A DNA stretch of 60,300 nucleotides, filler included, from Sphacelaria rigidula (Eukaryota): NCBI GenBank assembly GCA_964200075.2. It is 7 parts of 7 records of this genome, joined end to end, with 100 filler letters (N's around TTAATTAATTAA, not from the genome) between each part and the next. Parts side by side here need not be neighbours in the genome. Positions count along the whole stretch, not along the records: positions 34,517 to 43,044 come from CAXNAA020010879.1; positions 43,145 to 51,672 come from CAXNAA020010880.1; 5 more parts are not named here. One strand, 5' to 3'. Within the stretch, counting starts at the first letter, position 1. Each line of letters begins with the position of its first letter. Shown piece after piece: positions 37,875 through 50,287 of the stretch. The position numbers and the translations under genes were made by a program. The notes under the pieces were generated by a model. The model worked only from the letters and a program-made list of their open reading frames with translations, was not told where the DNA came from and ran no database searches.

Positions 37875-37950
37875 GATTGATTGACTGATTGACTGACTAA
37901 CTGACTGACTGATTGACTGGTTGCTTGCTTGCTTGACTGGTTGGTTGATT
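37875..37950. repeat. Compound tetranucleotide microsatellite (GATT/GACT/GCTT/GGTT)
   Basis: Read directly from the sequence. Confidence 0.85.
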
Positions 37951-38338
37951 AATTATCCGATTGACCGATCAATTGATTGTCGCATATGAAGTGGTGCACC
38001 ACGTATTTATCAGTGGTCCACAAGATACAAGTATCCAATGTGTATAATCCGGAGAGCTCGCCAAGGAAACTCGAAAAAGAATAAATATGAACAAGGAGGA
38101 GCGAACACACAGTAAATCTGCAAACAAAACAAAAAACACACCAGGCTAGTAGCGAATACAGGTCCCAGAATAGAAAATGAAATAATGACAGGAAAGGACT
38201 CGTACTAAATGTTGCCGAAATGTCACCGGCAGAAAATGAGTAGTATTGTTTACTGCTCTTGCCTTCGATATACAACCTACATGGTGGAACTTGACAGCGA
38301 CTGCCCCCCGCCTGTGCGGACAATCGAGCGACACTCAC

Positions 38339-39193
38339 CAGATGTCTCCGATACACGTGTTCGTACTGGTCCTCGTCGACCTCTTGCAGACACGCAACGT
38401 CAGGCTCGAAGTCCAACACCTAATTGGGGAGGAGCGGGGATCAATGTAGCGTGCAAAAGTTGGGAAAATACACACACCCCACCGTGGTGAGAAAAGGGAA
38501 TAACTTTTATTTGTTATGAGCACCGGGAACCGTGGCGTGTTCGTAAGGTGGACAGATTTGCAATTCCCCATACACGTCGTTCGTCCAGCGGAACAGCAAA
38601 TCCGATCTACGGTAACCTCAGCAGGGAGAATCTCACGGTGTTCTCCTCGCCCCGACTTCTCCTTGGGATGCGATGGTCTCGGTTGCTGCTGGCCGACTAC
38701 ACTATGGGTTTTCTCGCTCAGGTACAATAAGCTGAATAGTATACACACTCAGACACAGGCGCTCCACCGCCCGTCTCACCTTCTGCAATATGCGCCCCGG
38801 TCTCGCGTTCCACGCTGCCTGGTTCCAGCCCTTGCAGTACGGGATATACTCGAAGCTCACTAAACTGTCTGCCAGTACATTGTACGAGACCACAGAGATG
38901 CTGCCCGGAAGCGAGGACTGGATCATGGCACCCGCCGCCGCCGAATCAAGATTTGGAAGGGTATGCTCGCTTGTCACGCTATCGACGCTTTGCATCGAGC
39001 TGACGAGGTTTGCATCGTCGGACGGGCGTGTTGTGGGCTCACCCTGTGGGGACAGTGGTGTTTGGTACATAGTCCACGGCCGTCCTCCAGTAGTGTAGAG
39101 GTTCTGCTCAGCATGAAGTGGTAGTTGTCGTTGTTGTCGCATTGGGGTGGCGACATGTTGTTGCAAACGGCGAGCGCAGGGTGGTTTACACAT
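38339..39193 (-). CDS. 5' exons of a CCR4/nocturnin/angel-family exonuclease-endonuclease-phosphatase (EEP) protein
   Basis: Exon 39193(?)-38780 ends ...SISVVSYNVLADSLVSFEYIPYCKGWNQAAWNARPGRILQK|gtgaga. Exon 38419-38339 is VLDFEPDVACLQEVDEDQYEHVYRRHL|gtgagt. Has the SYNVLA and D-x3-LQEVD motifs. Start uncertain; downstream exons not identified. Confidence 0.85.
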
Positions 39194-40064
39194 GTGAGGG
39201 GCGATGTATGATCAATCCTTTGGAGCAACATGAGGTGGCGTAGGGCGAGGGAAGGCAAAGTTTGTTGCTCCTTTAATGTTCGTGACCCCCTCTCCTTTGA
39301 GGGTGGGCGCCGCTTGGCAACGACGTTGTCAAAACACGCCACGTACTGCGGAAGCTAGGCAAGCAGGTCACCGGGGGGGGGGGTTCTCACTTGCGTTGTT
39401 TTTTGTGGTACCCACGATGGTGGTTAGTTAGATCATAATGTGCGGGGTGGAGAACCTCATCTCCGTGCAAAGGGGAAGATTGCACCACGCACTGTATAAA
39501 TGTTGAGACACCCATGAGGCAGTGTAACCCGTGGCTCTGTCTGGAAGTGGCGATACCAGAAAATGAAGCAACTCATTGTAGGCTGTCATCCAAATGCAAG
39601 ATTATAACCAGTACCCTTCGGGCCGAAGTTTCTTAGCACGATGCAGCTCACCGTCCATGCGACTCGCCGAACACATCACGGCCCTTTGTGCTTGTTGATA
39701 GATTGCGAGCCTGGTCTGGCGAATACCCGGTGTGCTCCGTCCCGGCTTTGCAGGAATGCGACGCCAACGGTCATATGACTACGGCATGCAAATTCATGAG
39801 TAACCCCCCCCCCCCGCGCGCGCGCTAGCGAGCGGACCAGCTCCAACGTGTTGCGAGATACCGCTACTCGGGTTTTTACAAGCCTCATGAAGTGGACATC
39901 CTGGTTGTAGTCCGATAACGTGTGGGGATGGTTCGCAAATCCCGCTTGACTTCACTTCAGTGCGAACTGTGCCCAGGTAGCCACGATCTGGATGGCTGCG
40001 ATATCATCCTCCCAGAATACGTCAATTGCAAAAATCGATGGTGAAAAGTCTCTGAACCCTTTCC

Positions 40065-41023
40065 GGACCGGGCCTTCAGAACGACCAATGAGGCTGGTCA
40101 GTAATGACGTGTCTGGCGTCTGCACGAAACTGTGGCGTGTTGCTGAAAATCCGCGTATGTAACCGCAGGGTTGTGACGAGGACCGAAAGTTCCGTCCAAT
40201 CTATTTTCAGTTGCAGGGTGCGCATTAGGCGGTATACATCTGATGCGGCAAGCAGTATGGGTCGTGATAGGAAGCTTCCAACAGGACGCGGCGAACGGCG
40301 GGCCGCCCGCCACTTGTGGCTTTGGATTATACTATTGTCCCCATCACCTTGCCACAAAGCCCTTTGTGGTCGGGGTGGGTCGCCATTTCCCCCTATCTTG
40401 CATGCGGCAATTTCTCTTCAAAGGGTATCAGCGTCGCGGCGTGCATGCACACAACAGTATAGTACAGTACAGTGTAGTACGCCTCTCCGACTGAAGCAGC
40501 AGCTGCCGCTGCATGCTCCCTTGGACGTTCTGGACAATTCTCAGCTACCGAAATCAGCTGCCTAAATACAGCTTTGTCATCCCCGTCCACTACGTACATG
40601 TGGACTGCACACTGCAAGTCATCGGCAGAGGGATACGCAGAATTCATTACAGTAGCTCCTTTTGTCTTTCCACAGCCCACCTGGATTTTGTGCCTCGTGA
40701 AAATCACCACATTGTGGCATGTACAGTCCTTCCCGTTTTTTTCCGCTCCACCCTGTGTTAGTGTAAATTACTACGTTTCAGTATAGAATTGCGACCCAAA
40801 AAAACACTGCGGAAAAACTCGGGAACGGTATACTGAGTGCAAGTAATACCATAAAACCAAGCTGAGACCACCCTGCACTTGGAAACCTGGGGAGGCTTAT
40901 CTGGGCCAGGGATAGGGTCCCCACACGATCTTTGCAGTGGCATCACACTCGACAACAATCTACGCGCTGGTCGTTCGGGTATGGTCGATAAATTTCGCGT
41001 CGCTGGGATTGGGCAGGTCGCTC
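40065..41023. repeat. ~1-kb dispersed repeat of unknown class (copy 2)
   Basis: Colinear with 13133-14110; no intact ORF. Confidence 0.8.
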
Positions 41024-41922
41024 GAAGACATATTTTTCATTATTCCACCAACACAGGGGTAATCCTGTGTTAGTGGGGGTCCGGCCCCAAAAGAGTTGAT
41101 TGTCTAACCAGGGAGCAGGTGCCCATCTGCTCAAAAGTTTGAGCCGCCCATATTTTCTCGTTGACTCAACCCCGTGTCTAGTACTTCCTATGCCTAACGG
41201 AGATGGCGTTCATAACAAAATCTATATAAAAACCCCGATCGATGCATTCAGCGGATGACGACGAATTTTGGTGTGGACACTCTCTGGAGTAAGTGGAGAC
41301 GATAGATACTCTCACCCTCACCTAATCCATTATCTATCCCGAGATATGGCGCACATAACTTTTCATACGAAAAATCATTACATTATGAGCAGAGGCACTA
41401 GATGTCCTAAATCTGGATATCGCGTCTGAGTTTTTGCGAGTTGTTCAGTAAAATTTCGTGTGGTGAACCGCTAGTGCATGATAGAAGAAAAAAAAACAGC
41501 TTTTTACTTTTTTCATTTTTTGTCATTTTTTTCATTTTTTTTCGTGTTTTCAGTGGAGTTTCGAGAAGACATGATCTTGCTCTTGGGCCTTATCTCGATG
41601 TTTTGGCTCAACTTTTAGAATTGTATTTTGAAAATTATCATGGGGAACCACAAAAGCGGTCCGAATGAAAAAAAAAAGTGGGCCTTCATTTTTTTTCATA
41701 GAGGTTAAGGCGTTCTCGTGAAGAAAAGGTCTTTACCCGCATACTCGAACGCCCAAAGCCAGTGAAAAAGTAATTGAAAAACATGACCCACCAAGTGTTG
41801 TTAAGTATGCCTTAGAGAGCGCCCACACAAAATTTCAATACACGAAAACAAAACGTGGGCCGGTGAGTGGACTTCGAAATACTGTTCCGAACTTTTACCG
41901 ATCCATTCTTCAAAGGCCCACG

Positions 41923-42166
41923 CTTAGCCCAATATTTAGAGTTGGAGCGTGAAATTTGGTATGGACAATGCATAGGGCATGAAAAAAAATATTACGTTGG
42001 AACCATTTTTTTTCACGAGTTCAGGGCAATAATCAGTTTTCAGGCATCAGTAAAATGCCTTTAACTCATGGGGAAAAAAAAAAATTGGTACCGACATATT
42101 TTTTTTCCATGCCCCATGCATTGTCCATACCAAATTTTACGCTCCGACTCAAAATATTGGGCTGAG
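41923..42166. mobile_element. Hairpin (foldback) module A, part of a larger element ending in gctggcccagctcg-TA at 42581
   Basis: ~90-bp inverted arms cttagcccaatat...ggcatg / catgcc...atattgggctgag. Homolog at 51773-52070. Confidence 0.8.
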
Positions 42167-42529
42167 GCCGGATGTTATGGCAAACAGATTTTTGCCCCAC
42201 GGATTGTTCACCTTTTGGGCGTTTGACCCACCTTTTGACATCCAAGCCAAGAGAACTGCCAACACACGTCTCGGACACTTTGCATCACCACACAGAGAGG
42301 AGCCCAGTCTGCTTTTCAGATTTTTGCGCACAAAATTTTATTCAGCGGCCAATCTCGAACCTCGGAGCCAAGCGAATCTGAAAAGTAGACTAGGCTCCTC
42401 TCAGAGGGGTGATCCAGAGTGTCCGAGACGTGTGTTGGCGGTTTTCTTGGCTTGGGGGTTAAAAGGTGGGTCCAACGCCCTAAAGGTGAACAATCCGTGG
42501 GCCAAAATCTGTTTGCCATAACATCCGGT
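42167..42529. mobile_element. Foldback MITE B with ~155-bp inverted arms
   Basis: 42167-42322 is the near-complement of 42375-42529, with a 52-bp spacer. Absent from the homologous site in the 51773 copy. Confidence 0.85.
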
Positions 42530-43044
42530 CTTGAGCATGGGCCTGCAAACTTCAAATCCGCGTCTAGGCTGGCCCAGCTCGTATCTTTTACCCCCCCCCG
42601 GCGCCGCCGGAACGAGCCTGGTCCTGTTTTCTTGTCTTTTGTATTGCTTTCTTTAAGTTTTATTCTCTTATATTTCTTTTCTTTTTCTTTCCTTTTTCTT
42701 TCCTTTTTCTTATTTCTCTCCTTTTTTTTCCCTGATCCCGAGCTGGAGTGTTGCAATCAGCTACGTAATGCGCGATCATCATCTTTTTGTGCTTTCCGTG
42801 CTTGTGTTTGTGTTTGTGTATGTGTTTGTCTGCCGTTATTTTGCTGTTTTTGCGGTTAACAAGGTTTTCGTGAGATTGAGAGTTGGGTGCGGATTGAGAG
42901 TGGCTTTGATCATGCGCTTTAACTTTGCCAATTTCCCATTCCGTGTGTGTGCTTTTCGTCATGTCATCACTGCCATGTGCTTACAGCTACACGTTGATAT
43001 CCTACTCAGGGGTATTGAGGGCCTCAGTGGCAAGCTACTACAGA

Positions 43045-43144
43045 NNNNNNNNNNNNNNNNNNNNNNNNNNNNNNNNNNNNNNNNNNNNTTAATTAATTAA
43101 NNNNNNNNNNNNNNNNNNNNNNNNNNNNNNNNNNNNNNNNNNNN
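43045..43144. other. Artificial contig spacer
   Basis: Identical N44-TTAATTAATTAA-N44. Confidence 0.98.
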
Positions 43145-43549
43145 GAGCTGCCATCACCAGTGCTGTCGCGGGCGTTCACGACATCCGCCACCGCCTCACT
43201 TATGATATTTGTCCTACGGCTGTGTTCTGTAACCTTGGTCGTTATGGGGCAGGGTGTCTAGTTCCGTTTCATAGCCCTGAGTTTGGCACCAACGCTTTGG
43301 GATGTCTAGCAACTCAGGGTTTTTTTGAAAAATTAAAAATTAAACCTGAGTTGCTGAGCATGTCTCTTCTCAGGGTTCAGTTTTCGGGGTTAACCTAGGG
43401 GAATTCGTCATATCCTGGCCTTAAATCCCAACTTTCTTAATAATCCCTGAGTTTTTCCTTATTCCTGAGTTCTGATTTGTGTTTACCAAACTCTCTAATA
43501 TCGAAATCCCTTGAATTGTTTTGAGGCACTTGTGCTATGGAAATCCGGA

Positions 43550-43935
43550 ATTTGAACAGCCTCTGCTGTTCGGAATATATCCTTAATGCCCGATCCCAAA
43601 TTTCGAATCGGGAATGAAGGATATATTTCGAGCAGTAGGAGCTGTACAAATCCCATACAGTATGCACTGGCAGATGGGATTTGAAAACAGCAGAAGAAGC
43701 TGTTCGAAATAAATCCTCATATTGCCCGCCAATTCATTCTGTAATTGGGCAAAATAATTATTTTTTTGCGAACAGCCTCTGCTGTTCAAGTCCCACACAC
43801 TGCACCGTAATCAGCGGATGAGATTCGAGAAGCAGCAGAAATTGTTGAAAATTCATCTTCTTGCCCTCCAATTAATATCTCAATTGGGCGAAGGGATAAA
43901 ATTCTTCAACCGCCTCCGCTGTATACAGATTCCAT
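43550..43935. repeat. Degenerate array of direct and inverted modules (cagcctctgctgttc / ttgccc..caatt..aattgggc)
   Basis: Repeated and inverted motifs read directly. Confidence 0.55.
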
Positions 43936-44039
43936 ACACCGATTACGAGTGCATGACCACACGGCTGTGCTCGGAAGCATCTAGCTTTATCTGCTGCTGT
44001 GGTGATGGTAGACTGATGGTACACAGATCATCAAGGTGC

Positions 44040-45350
44040 TTATTGCGAGTCGAAGGGAATCCTCCCAGTGGCACAATTCAGTTTCCGCCCTGGCCGGTCT
44101 ACAGTCGACACATAATGTTCCTTATGCACAGGCTCCAAGAACTGACCAGAGAGAAGAATCTTCCTCTGTACATGTGCTTCATCGACTTCCAATAGTCATG
44201 CGACTCAGTGGACCGCTCTCTTCTCTGCAAAGTTCTAGCACGCTACGGTATCCCCGCCAAGGTAATTTCCGTCATCCGCCGATTCCACGACGGCATGTGG
44301 GCATGCGTACGCCTGGACAGCGGCGAGACGTTCGAGTGGTTTAACGTTAACCAGGGCCTCGGCCAAGGGTGTGTGCTTTCCCCGGTCTGTTCAACATCTT
44401 TTTCGCGGCGGTGCTGACGGTAACGTTCGACCGCTTCTCGATAAAAAAAGTGGTGGTGCAAGACTTCATCCGCATCGCTGAAAGGGGCGGGGAGACCAGG
44501 GACGAACTCAGCAAAGTGCTCTGGGCTATGCTATACGCCGACAACGCTGGCATCGCTTCGCGTTCCCGGGAAAGCCTGGCAAAAATGATCACAGCCGTCG
44601 TCGAAGTACATGCAGCATTTGGTCTCGTCGTCGCGGAAAAGAAGACGGTCACCATGCACATGCGCTCCCCGAACATGGAGACGGATACGATCGAGGTGGA
44701 GGCAGCGGCTCAAAGATACAAACAAATTGAGTCGTTCCTTTACCTTGGCGGAAAAATCAGCAGCATCGGGGATGTCACCCCAGAGATCCACAGCCGAAAA
44801 TTGGCCAGGCCTGGACGTGCTTCTACAAGTACAGCAAAGCGATATACGGCAACCCGTACATCGCCCTCGACACCAAGGTTCGTCTCCTGAAAACTGAAGT
44901 GATCGAGGTAATGCTGTACGGCTGCGTGACCTGGACGGCCGCACACGACAATTTTTGTGCCTCAACAAGCATACCTCAAGCCGCAGCGCCCCTGTCTACC
45001 ACATGCTGCCGTACCACGCGGTTCTCGAACAAACTAGATGCGAGTGCATTGAAGCCACAGTGATGGAGCGAGCCCTCCTACATGCCGGCCGCGTTGTGCG
45101 CATGCACGATGGATGCCTCCCCAACATCGTCATGCGTAGAGTCATATTTGGGAGCAAGACGAGGGCAGGCCGACGAGCAAGGCACCTACAACACTGTATC
45201 ACGGACTACTGCTCGTACTTCGGGATAAATGCGAAATCGTAGACGCAGGCTGCCCAAGATTTGTCTGAATGGTCCCGAGCGTTAGAGGACGGGATTAACA
45301 TGTACATGGCAGCCTGGACGAAAGCACGCCACGCTGAGGAACTTTTTGCT
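44040..45350 (+). mobile_element. Decayed non-LTR retrotransposon (RTE-like LINE), reverse transcriptase region
   Basis: LYMCFIDFQ*..DSVDR, YGIP, QGLGQGCVLSP.LFNIFF, MLYADN, FLYLGG, MLYGCVTW. Contains stops and frameshifts. Confidence 0.92.
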
Positions 45351-45950
45351 GCGCCACCACTAGAGCTCTCCCAGTGCCTACCGAGGCCCCTCGAGTAACC
45401 AGTAGTCCATCGGGTAGTACACTCACTAGTAAATCTGCGGTCTCTCCAAACACTGGGTGGTGGTCTAAAAGGGTGCCTGGGGTTGTTTTTTGAGTTGCCT
45501 CCCGCCGAGTGGCCTTGCGAATCCCTTGTGCCGTCTGTCTTTTCTTTTCTTTCCCTTTCCTGTGGGTGTGCTTTTCTCAGCAGATCGGAGTTTTTTTTCA
45601 CCTCGTTGAACTCGGGGAAGCTACTTCTCATGTTTTTCTTGGCGCCTCTCTTCTTACTTTTTCTCTGAAGTTTCGTTTTTGGGTAACTCCGAAAGATTGG
45701 GGCTGCAACGCAGCGCTTCGGCTAAGCTGCTCTGTGTGTACGCCGTTGTGCTCGCAAGCGTTCGAAAGTCATCAGGTACCATGCCAGTCTCGAGAATTTC
45801 AGAGATGTCTGAAAAAACGATGCTGATAATGGGCCTTAGTTGGAAAAAAGAAGACTGTGGGGGGATGATGGGGAGTCCTGCCGCTTCCGCCATGTTTACT
45901 TGGGTACAAGGTGGTTACGCATTCTTCCATCTCCTCCCTCCTCTCCCTAA

Positions 45951-46067
45951 CCCTTTTGGAACCCATTGACGGTGTTTGTTTTTGTGAATCGACATAATTT
46001 TCATTTATTTTCAAGTCGAAATGCTGCCAATTCAAAAAAACAAAATTGTCAGTGGGTTCCAAAAGGG
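45951..46067. mobile_element. 117-bp piggyBac-like MITE
   Basis: TIRs cccttttggaacccattgac / gtcagtgggttccaaaaggg (19/20). Flanks CTAA and TTGA are each one change from TTAA. Confidence 0.7.
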
Positions 46068-46074
46068 TTGAAGC

Positions 46075-46660
46075 TCCCGTTTAACCGCACGTATTCGGCT
46101 GGCCCCCTCCTCCTTGTGCCAAGAGGTCAAAAACCTCTCCGCTCCCTGGAGCATCCCCGCGTCCCACGGTATCCCCCCTTCCTTCTTCGCTGCTGAGGAC
46201 CAAAGAGCACTTTCAACTCCAAAGGCCTGTCGGTTGTCGTCCGTAGAGGCCTTTGCGGCTCCGAAAGCTTGAAAATCGTCCTTCTGACACTTGGGCCAAT
46301 TTGCTTCGGGCATCTTGGCCCTGAGTCTCTCCCTCCCCCCACGACTGTTCCGACTGCCAGTCGCGTCGTTAGTCGTTCGTCCGATTGTCTAGCCAGGGCT
46401 CCCGCGAACAGCAGTCGCCCTTGCCAGACGATGGCTTCAGCACTTGAGCATCCGGTCTTCTTGAGCGCCTGGGCGTACGACAGCTGTCGGTATTTGCCAC
46501 GCACTCGGCGGTATCTGATAATTCACAGGAGGAGCCGGCAGTGTACCGTCCTCAGCAACTGGCAGTGCTCGCGGCGCGGGGCTCACATCATGCATCCGTA
46601 AAGTAGCGCTTCCATCGCCTCCGCCTTCAGCAGTCGGACCTTGAGTCTCCACAGTGCTTT
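46075..46660 (-). mobile_element. 3' fragment of a second RTE-like LINE
   Basis: LSYAQALKKTGCSSAEAIVWQGRLLFAGALARQSDERL..GTVVGG resembles the C-terminal ORF2 region of the 44040 element. Confidence 0.8.
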
Positions 46661-47320
46661 CGCTCAACTACAGCATAAAAATGACTGGTGTGGGAAGTGC
46701 CTTGTTCGTTTGACGAGAAGTCAAACCAATCAACACATGAAGTTTCCAATAGTGTGTGGACAGCACAGCGCGCCGACCAACATTATGATCTCTCATAGAG
46801 AATACAGTGACAACAAGGCAACTCAGGCAATCCCAGCAGAGACCAAAACATCTGCGTAAATATCTCAACACACTACAGCGCAGTGACAGCTACAGCACAT
46901 GAGAGAGAACATGAGTGCGTTTGTGCTGCAGCACAGTAAAACAGGACATGTTCCGTGATCGAGTTCCTCCCCTGATTTTGAGCGGGCCCTCAATTTATGC
47001 CGGGTGCGGATATTACACACTCGGCCATAATCGCGCTTCGAGCAGAAATCTTTTGAATTCACTGTGAGTTAGTTACCCCTTTATGCGGGAGGTGAGCCCA
47101 TCAGGACATTGTTGAGTACGATCTTAATAGTACTATTCTACCCGAGTTTTGGGTGCTGGAAAGAAGATTATTCGAAATACAAAAATGCAGGAAAAACGCT
47201 TCCCACCACACCCTCGAAAATGAGTTTCATGTGGACGACCTTATGCCCCCCGACCAGCGGGAAACTTATTTTGAAAGTTATCCGTCTTCGGTTCCCCGAA
47301 GGGTATGTGCGAATGAGCTA

Positions 47321-47562
47321 TACCGCGATAGCAACCCCTCCCCTCCAAACCAGCCCCCAAACTGTCAAGAATAAAATGATATACGGTATGATAGCTGGTT
47401 TAAGACTGCACGAAGCACCTGATATGGACGGTATTGGCGGAAACAACCCCAAGTATGGGATTTCCCAGCTGCTCGGTGTGCTCGGCTATTCTCATTTGAT
47501 TTGCATGTGAGTTGTTCCTCCTCACACCAGCCGATTTCCTGGAGGGAGCTATCGCGGCATCA
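47321..47562. mobile_element. Same MITE family
   Basis: Ends ccgcgatagc...gctatcgcggcatca and a shared interior. Confidence 0.7.
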
Positions 47563-47754
47563 GTCAGAAGCACAATTTTCGGGCTAAAAAGTGTCCCTTT
47601 TTCCACCCCAAAACCGAGGCGAAAAAGCGCTTTCGCACATATCTCTTGAGGGAACTGATGACGGGAAACTCCTCAAAATAATTTCAAGAAGGTCGGGGGG
47701 AATGATTTCGTCCATATTAAAGTCGTTTGTCATGACTTGGTGTCAGGGAAAACA

Positions 47755-48065
47755 GCACGAGGTTACAAGTACAGGCTGTACTTCGGAAACAAGTGCAGGC
47801 TGTACTTGTAACGTTGTGCTACTGTATTTCCGACTACAAGCTGTACTCTGCAACCACCTTAATGCGTGTAAGGTTGCAAGTACAGCCTGTATTCTGCAAG
47901 CACAGCTGTACTCGCGACCACAGCTGTACTCGCCAACACAGTATGGCGGTGCATGGTTACAAGTACAGGCTGTACTCGCCAACACAGTACGAGACGGTTG
48001 CTGTACTTTGAAAATACAACAGACAGTAGTGGTACAAGGATGCAAACACCCTGTACTTGGCACAC
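47755..48065. repeat. Degenerate array of acaagtacaggctgtact(cgc) palindromic units
   Basis: Multiple agtacaggctgtact-type palindromes; inverted cctgtacttg at the right end. Confidence 0.7.
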
Positions 48066-48809
48066 ACAGTAGCACGAGGTAGTTCATCATTTGTTCGCGA
48101 CAACGGGAGGCAGGCTCAATTGTGGCAGCGGGTGATGTCGACAATGCCTTCAGTTCTACACCGTCTTGGCTGTAAGGTTCAAGGCTACATGCAGATGCAC
48201 GTACATGGTGGTGCATGCAAATGCAGAGGATATGACTTCTGCCTGCTCTACGGTACACGTGCAGGCTCTACTTTGTTTACGAACACCCGTAACCGTCTTG
48301 AGTTATACAAACTGGGCTCCCGAATTGAGAAACAACGACGCAAGATCGGTCATAATGAAAGGTGTGGGTGGATTTTTATACCCCCCCATGTGGGGGTGTA
48401 TAATTTTCCCGGACCGCGATGTAAACCTGTCATACATACATATGTGCATACATACGTACGCCTGCCTTTGACGGCCGTGATGAGCCATCTTGTTTGTCCA
48501 TGTTACATGTATACATACATGGAACGAAGGGTGCCCGATATAGTTTTGTCTACGAAATCCGAGGACGACTCAAGCCGGCGTTCAATCACGTTCACGATCT
48601 GTTGTGTGTACAGTATATGCCGTCGTGCGAATGGCCAAGTATTTGAAAAAGATTGAAAATTGAAAACAAGAAAATGAAGAGAAAAGAGGAGATATGAAAG
48701 TATTACGGTCAAAAACGAACGAACGATACACTGTAGAGAGAGCAACGTTACACAATAAGATAATGCGCCTACGCTCAAACATACGACGGGCCACCGTCAG
48801 CATCACGTA

Positions 48810-49133
48810 CACGGTAACGTCAACGCGGTTAACACTGGTAAATGAGCCGCGACATACACAGAATGAAACGTTACATTCGAACGTTACACGTGTCAAAGAA
48901 ACGTTATATTGGACGTTGCACGTTCCATGAATTTTTCCTTATTACGTTCCACGTAACGAAACGTAACGTAACTTTTTTACGCGTGATAAACGTATCGTGA
49001 ACATTGCGTTGAAGTTTCAAATAAAACGTTAACGTAACGTCAAATTTTACAACGTGCCAAACGAAACGTAACTTGAACGTTCAATTTTACAAACGCGTGA
49101 TGAACGTGACGTGAACGTGTAACATGTACCGTG
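48810..49133. mobile_element. TA-flanked MITE-like element filled with AACGT(T) units
   Basis: TA-cacggta...taccgtg-TA ends; the interior is a dense aacgt/acgtt array. Confidence 0.55.
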
Positions 49134-49644
49134 TAGACCCCTAATCATCTTGAAGCTTAAAATCCTGTGCTCGCTTACTTTCAGCGCTTGTATAATGCAC
49201 ACCGACAAATTATGAAGGAAAAGAGCTGCCGCTTTGTGTATCCAGAGGCACAGAGAACCCAAGGCAGAGAGCGTGGCGTGTACCGGAACAGAGAACATCA
49301 TGACGATTGTATTGAGTCTATCAGTACCGCCATGTGTGCCATGTCGTCTCTGCAGCAAAACAAGTGATGACGTAGTGATAGGACAGCACATATGACACTG
49401 TAGGTGGACGGAAAACCCAACTAAAACACACAGGACAGTGCAATGCTGTACAGTTTTGTGCAATCTGACGTGACGTAGCTCGACGTTACTTCCTTGTTCG
49501 CAGTGATTGGCCGCAGGTTGTCCCACGGAGTGCGGGATCGACTAGCATCCGGCTCGAAAATGCATAGGTTATCACGGCACTGCACAGTAGCGAGCTCCTA
49601 GTAGAAACAGTACTTTACTACTGTATTTTGCCATACCATGCGGC

Positions 49645-49745
49645 ATCGTACCGTACCGTACCGTACCGTACCGTACACTACGCTTCACTGCACTTGCACT
49701 ACTTCACTGCACTACAGTATAGAGTACAATATAGTACAGTGCAAC
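49645..49745. repeat. Pentanucleotide microsatellite (ACCGT)n grading into degenerate pentamers
   Basis: Read directly from the sequence. Confidence 0.8.
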
Positions 49746-49922
49746 GCAATGCAGAACCCGGTACGGTACTGCGCAGCGATATCGCACATCCAGTACGGCA
49801 GCATTTCCGAAAAAACAGAGAAAGCCGCATAGCAACGGTTTTGCAACGTGTCACCCATAACGGTGTTGCAAGACGTTTGACTTCTAATGGATCGCAGTGC
49901 AGCCAAGTGCAGAACTACTTGG

Positions 49923-50287
49923 GTGTTGTGTGTTGTGTTGTCGTCCCATCTATTCTGGACGCCGGTCTACACCCTTCGGTATGTGTGGGCGCACCAGCCG
50001 GGGTCACACAGGAGGAAGGTCAACGCCGGAGCTTTTTTTGTTTTACTTGTTTTGTAGTACCCCCCACCTTCCTTCTGCGATGCTTGCCTTTATTTGTTTA
50101 TCGCGAGAGGGGTCCAGTAGCCGCTTTCCCTCGTCGACCGTTAAGTCGGCTTTTGTGTACCCACGACAAAGTCGCTCTCCACTGTTGGGCATGGTGTGAG
50201 AAAAAATCCCACATCACTCCGAGGTTTGAACCCACGACCCAACCGTCAGAAGGTTTCGGGGTTACCAACTGAGCCACCGGGGCGACC
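49923..50287 (-). mobile_element. tRNA-derived SINE, family 1
   Basis: Reverse-complement homolog of 10381-10719 including the A and B boxes. Confidence 0.85.
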
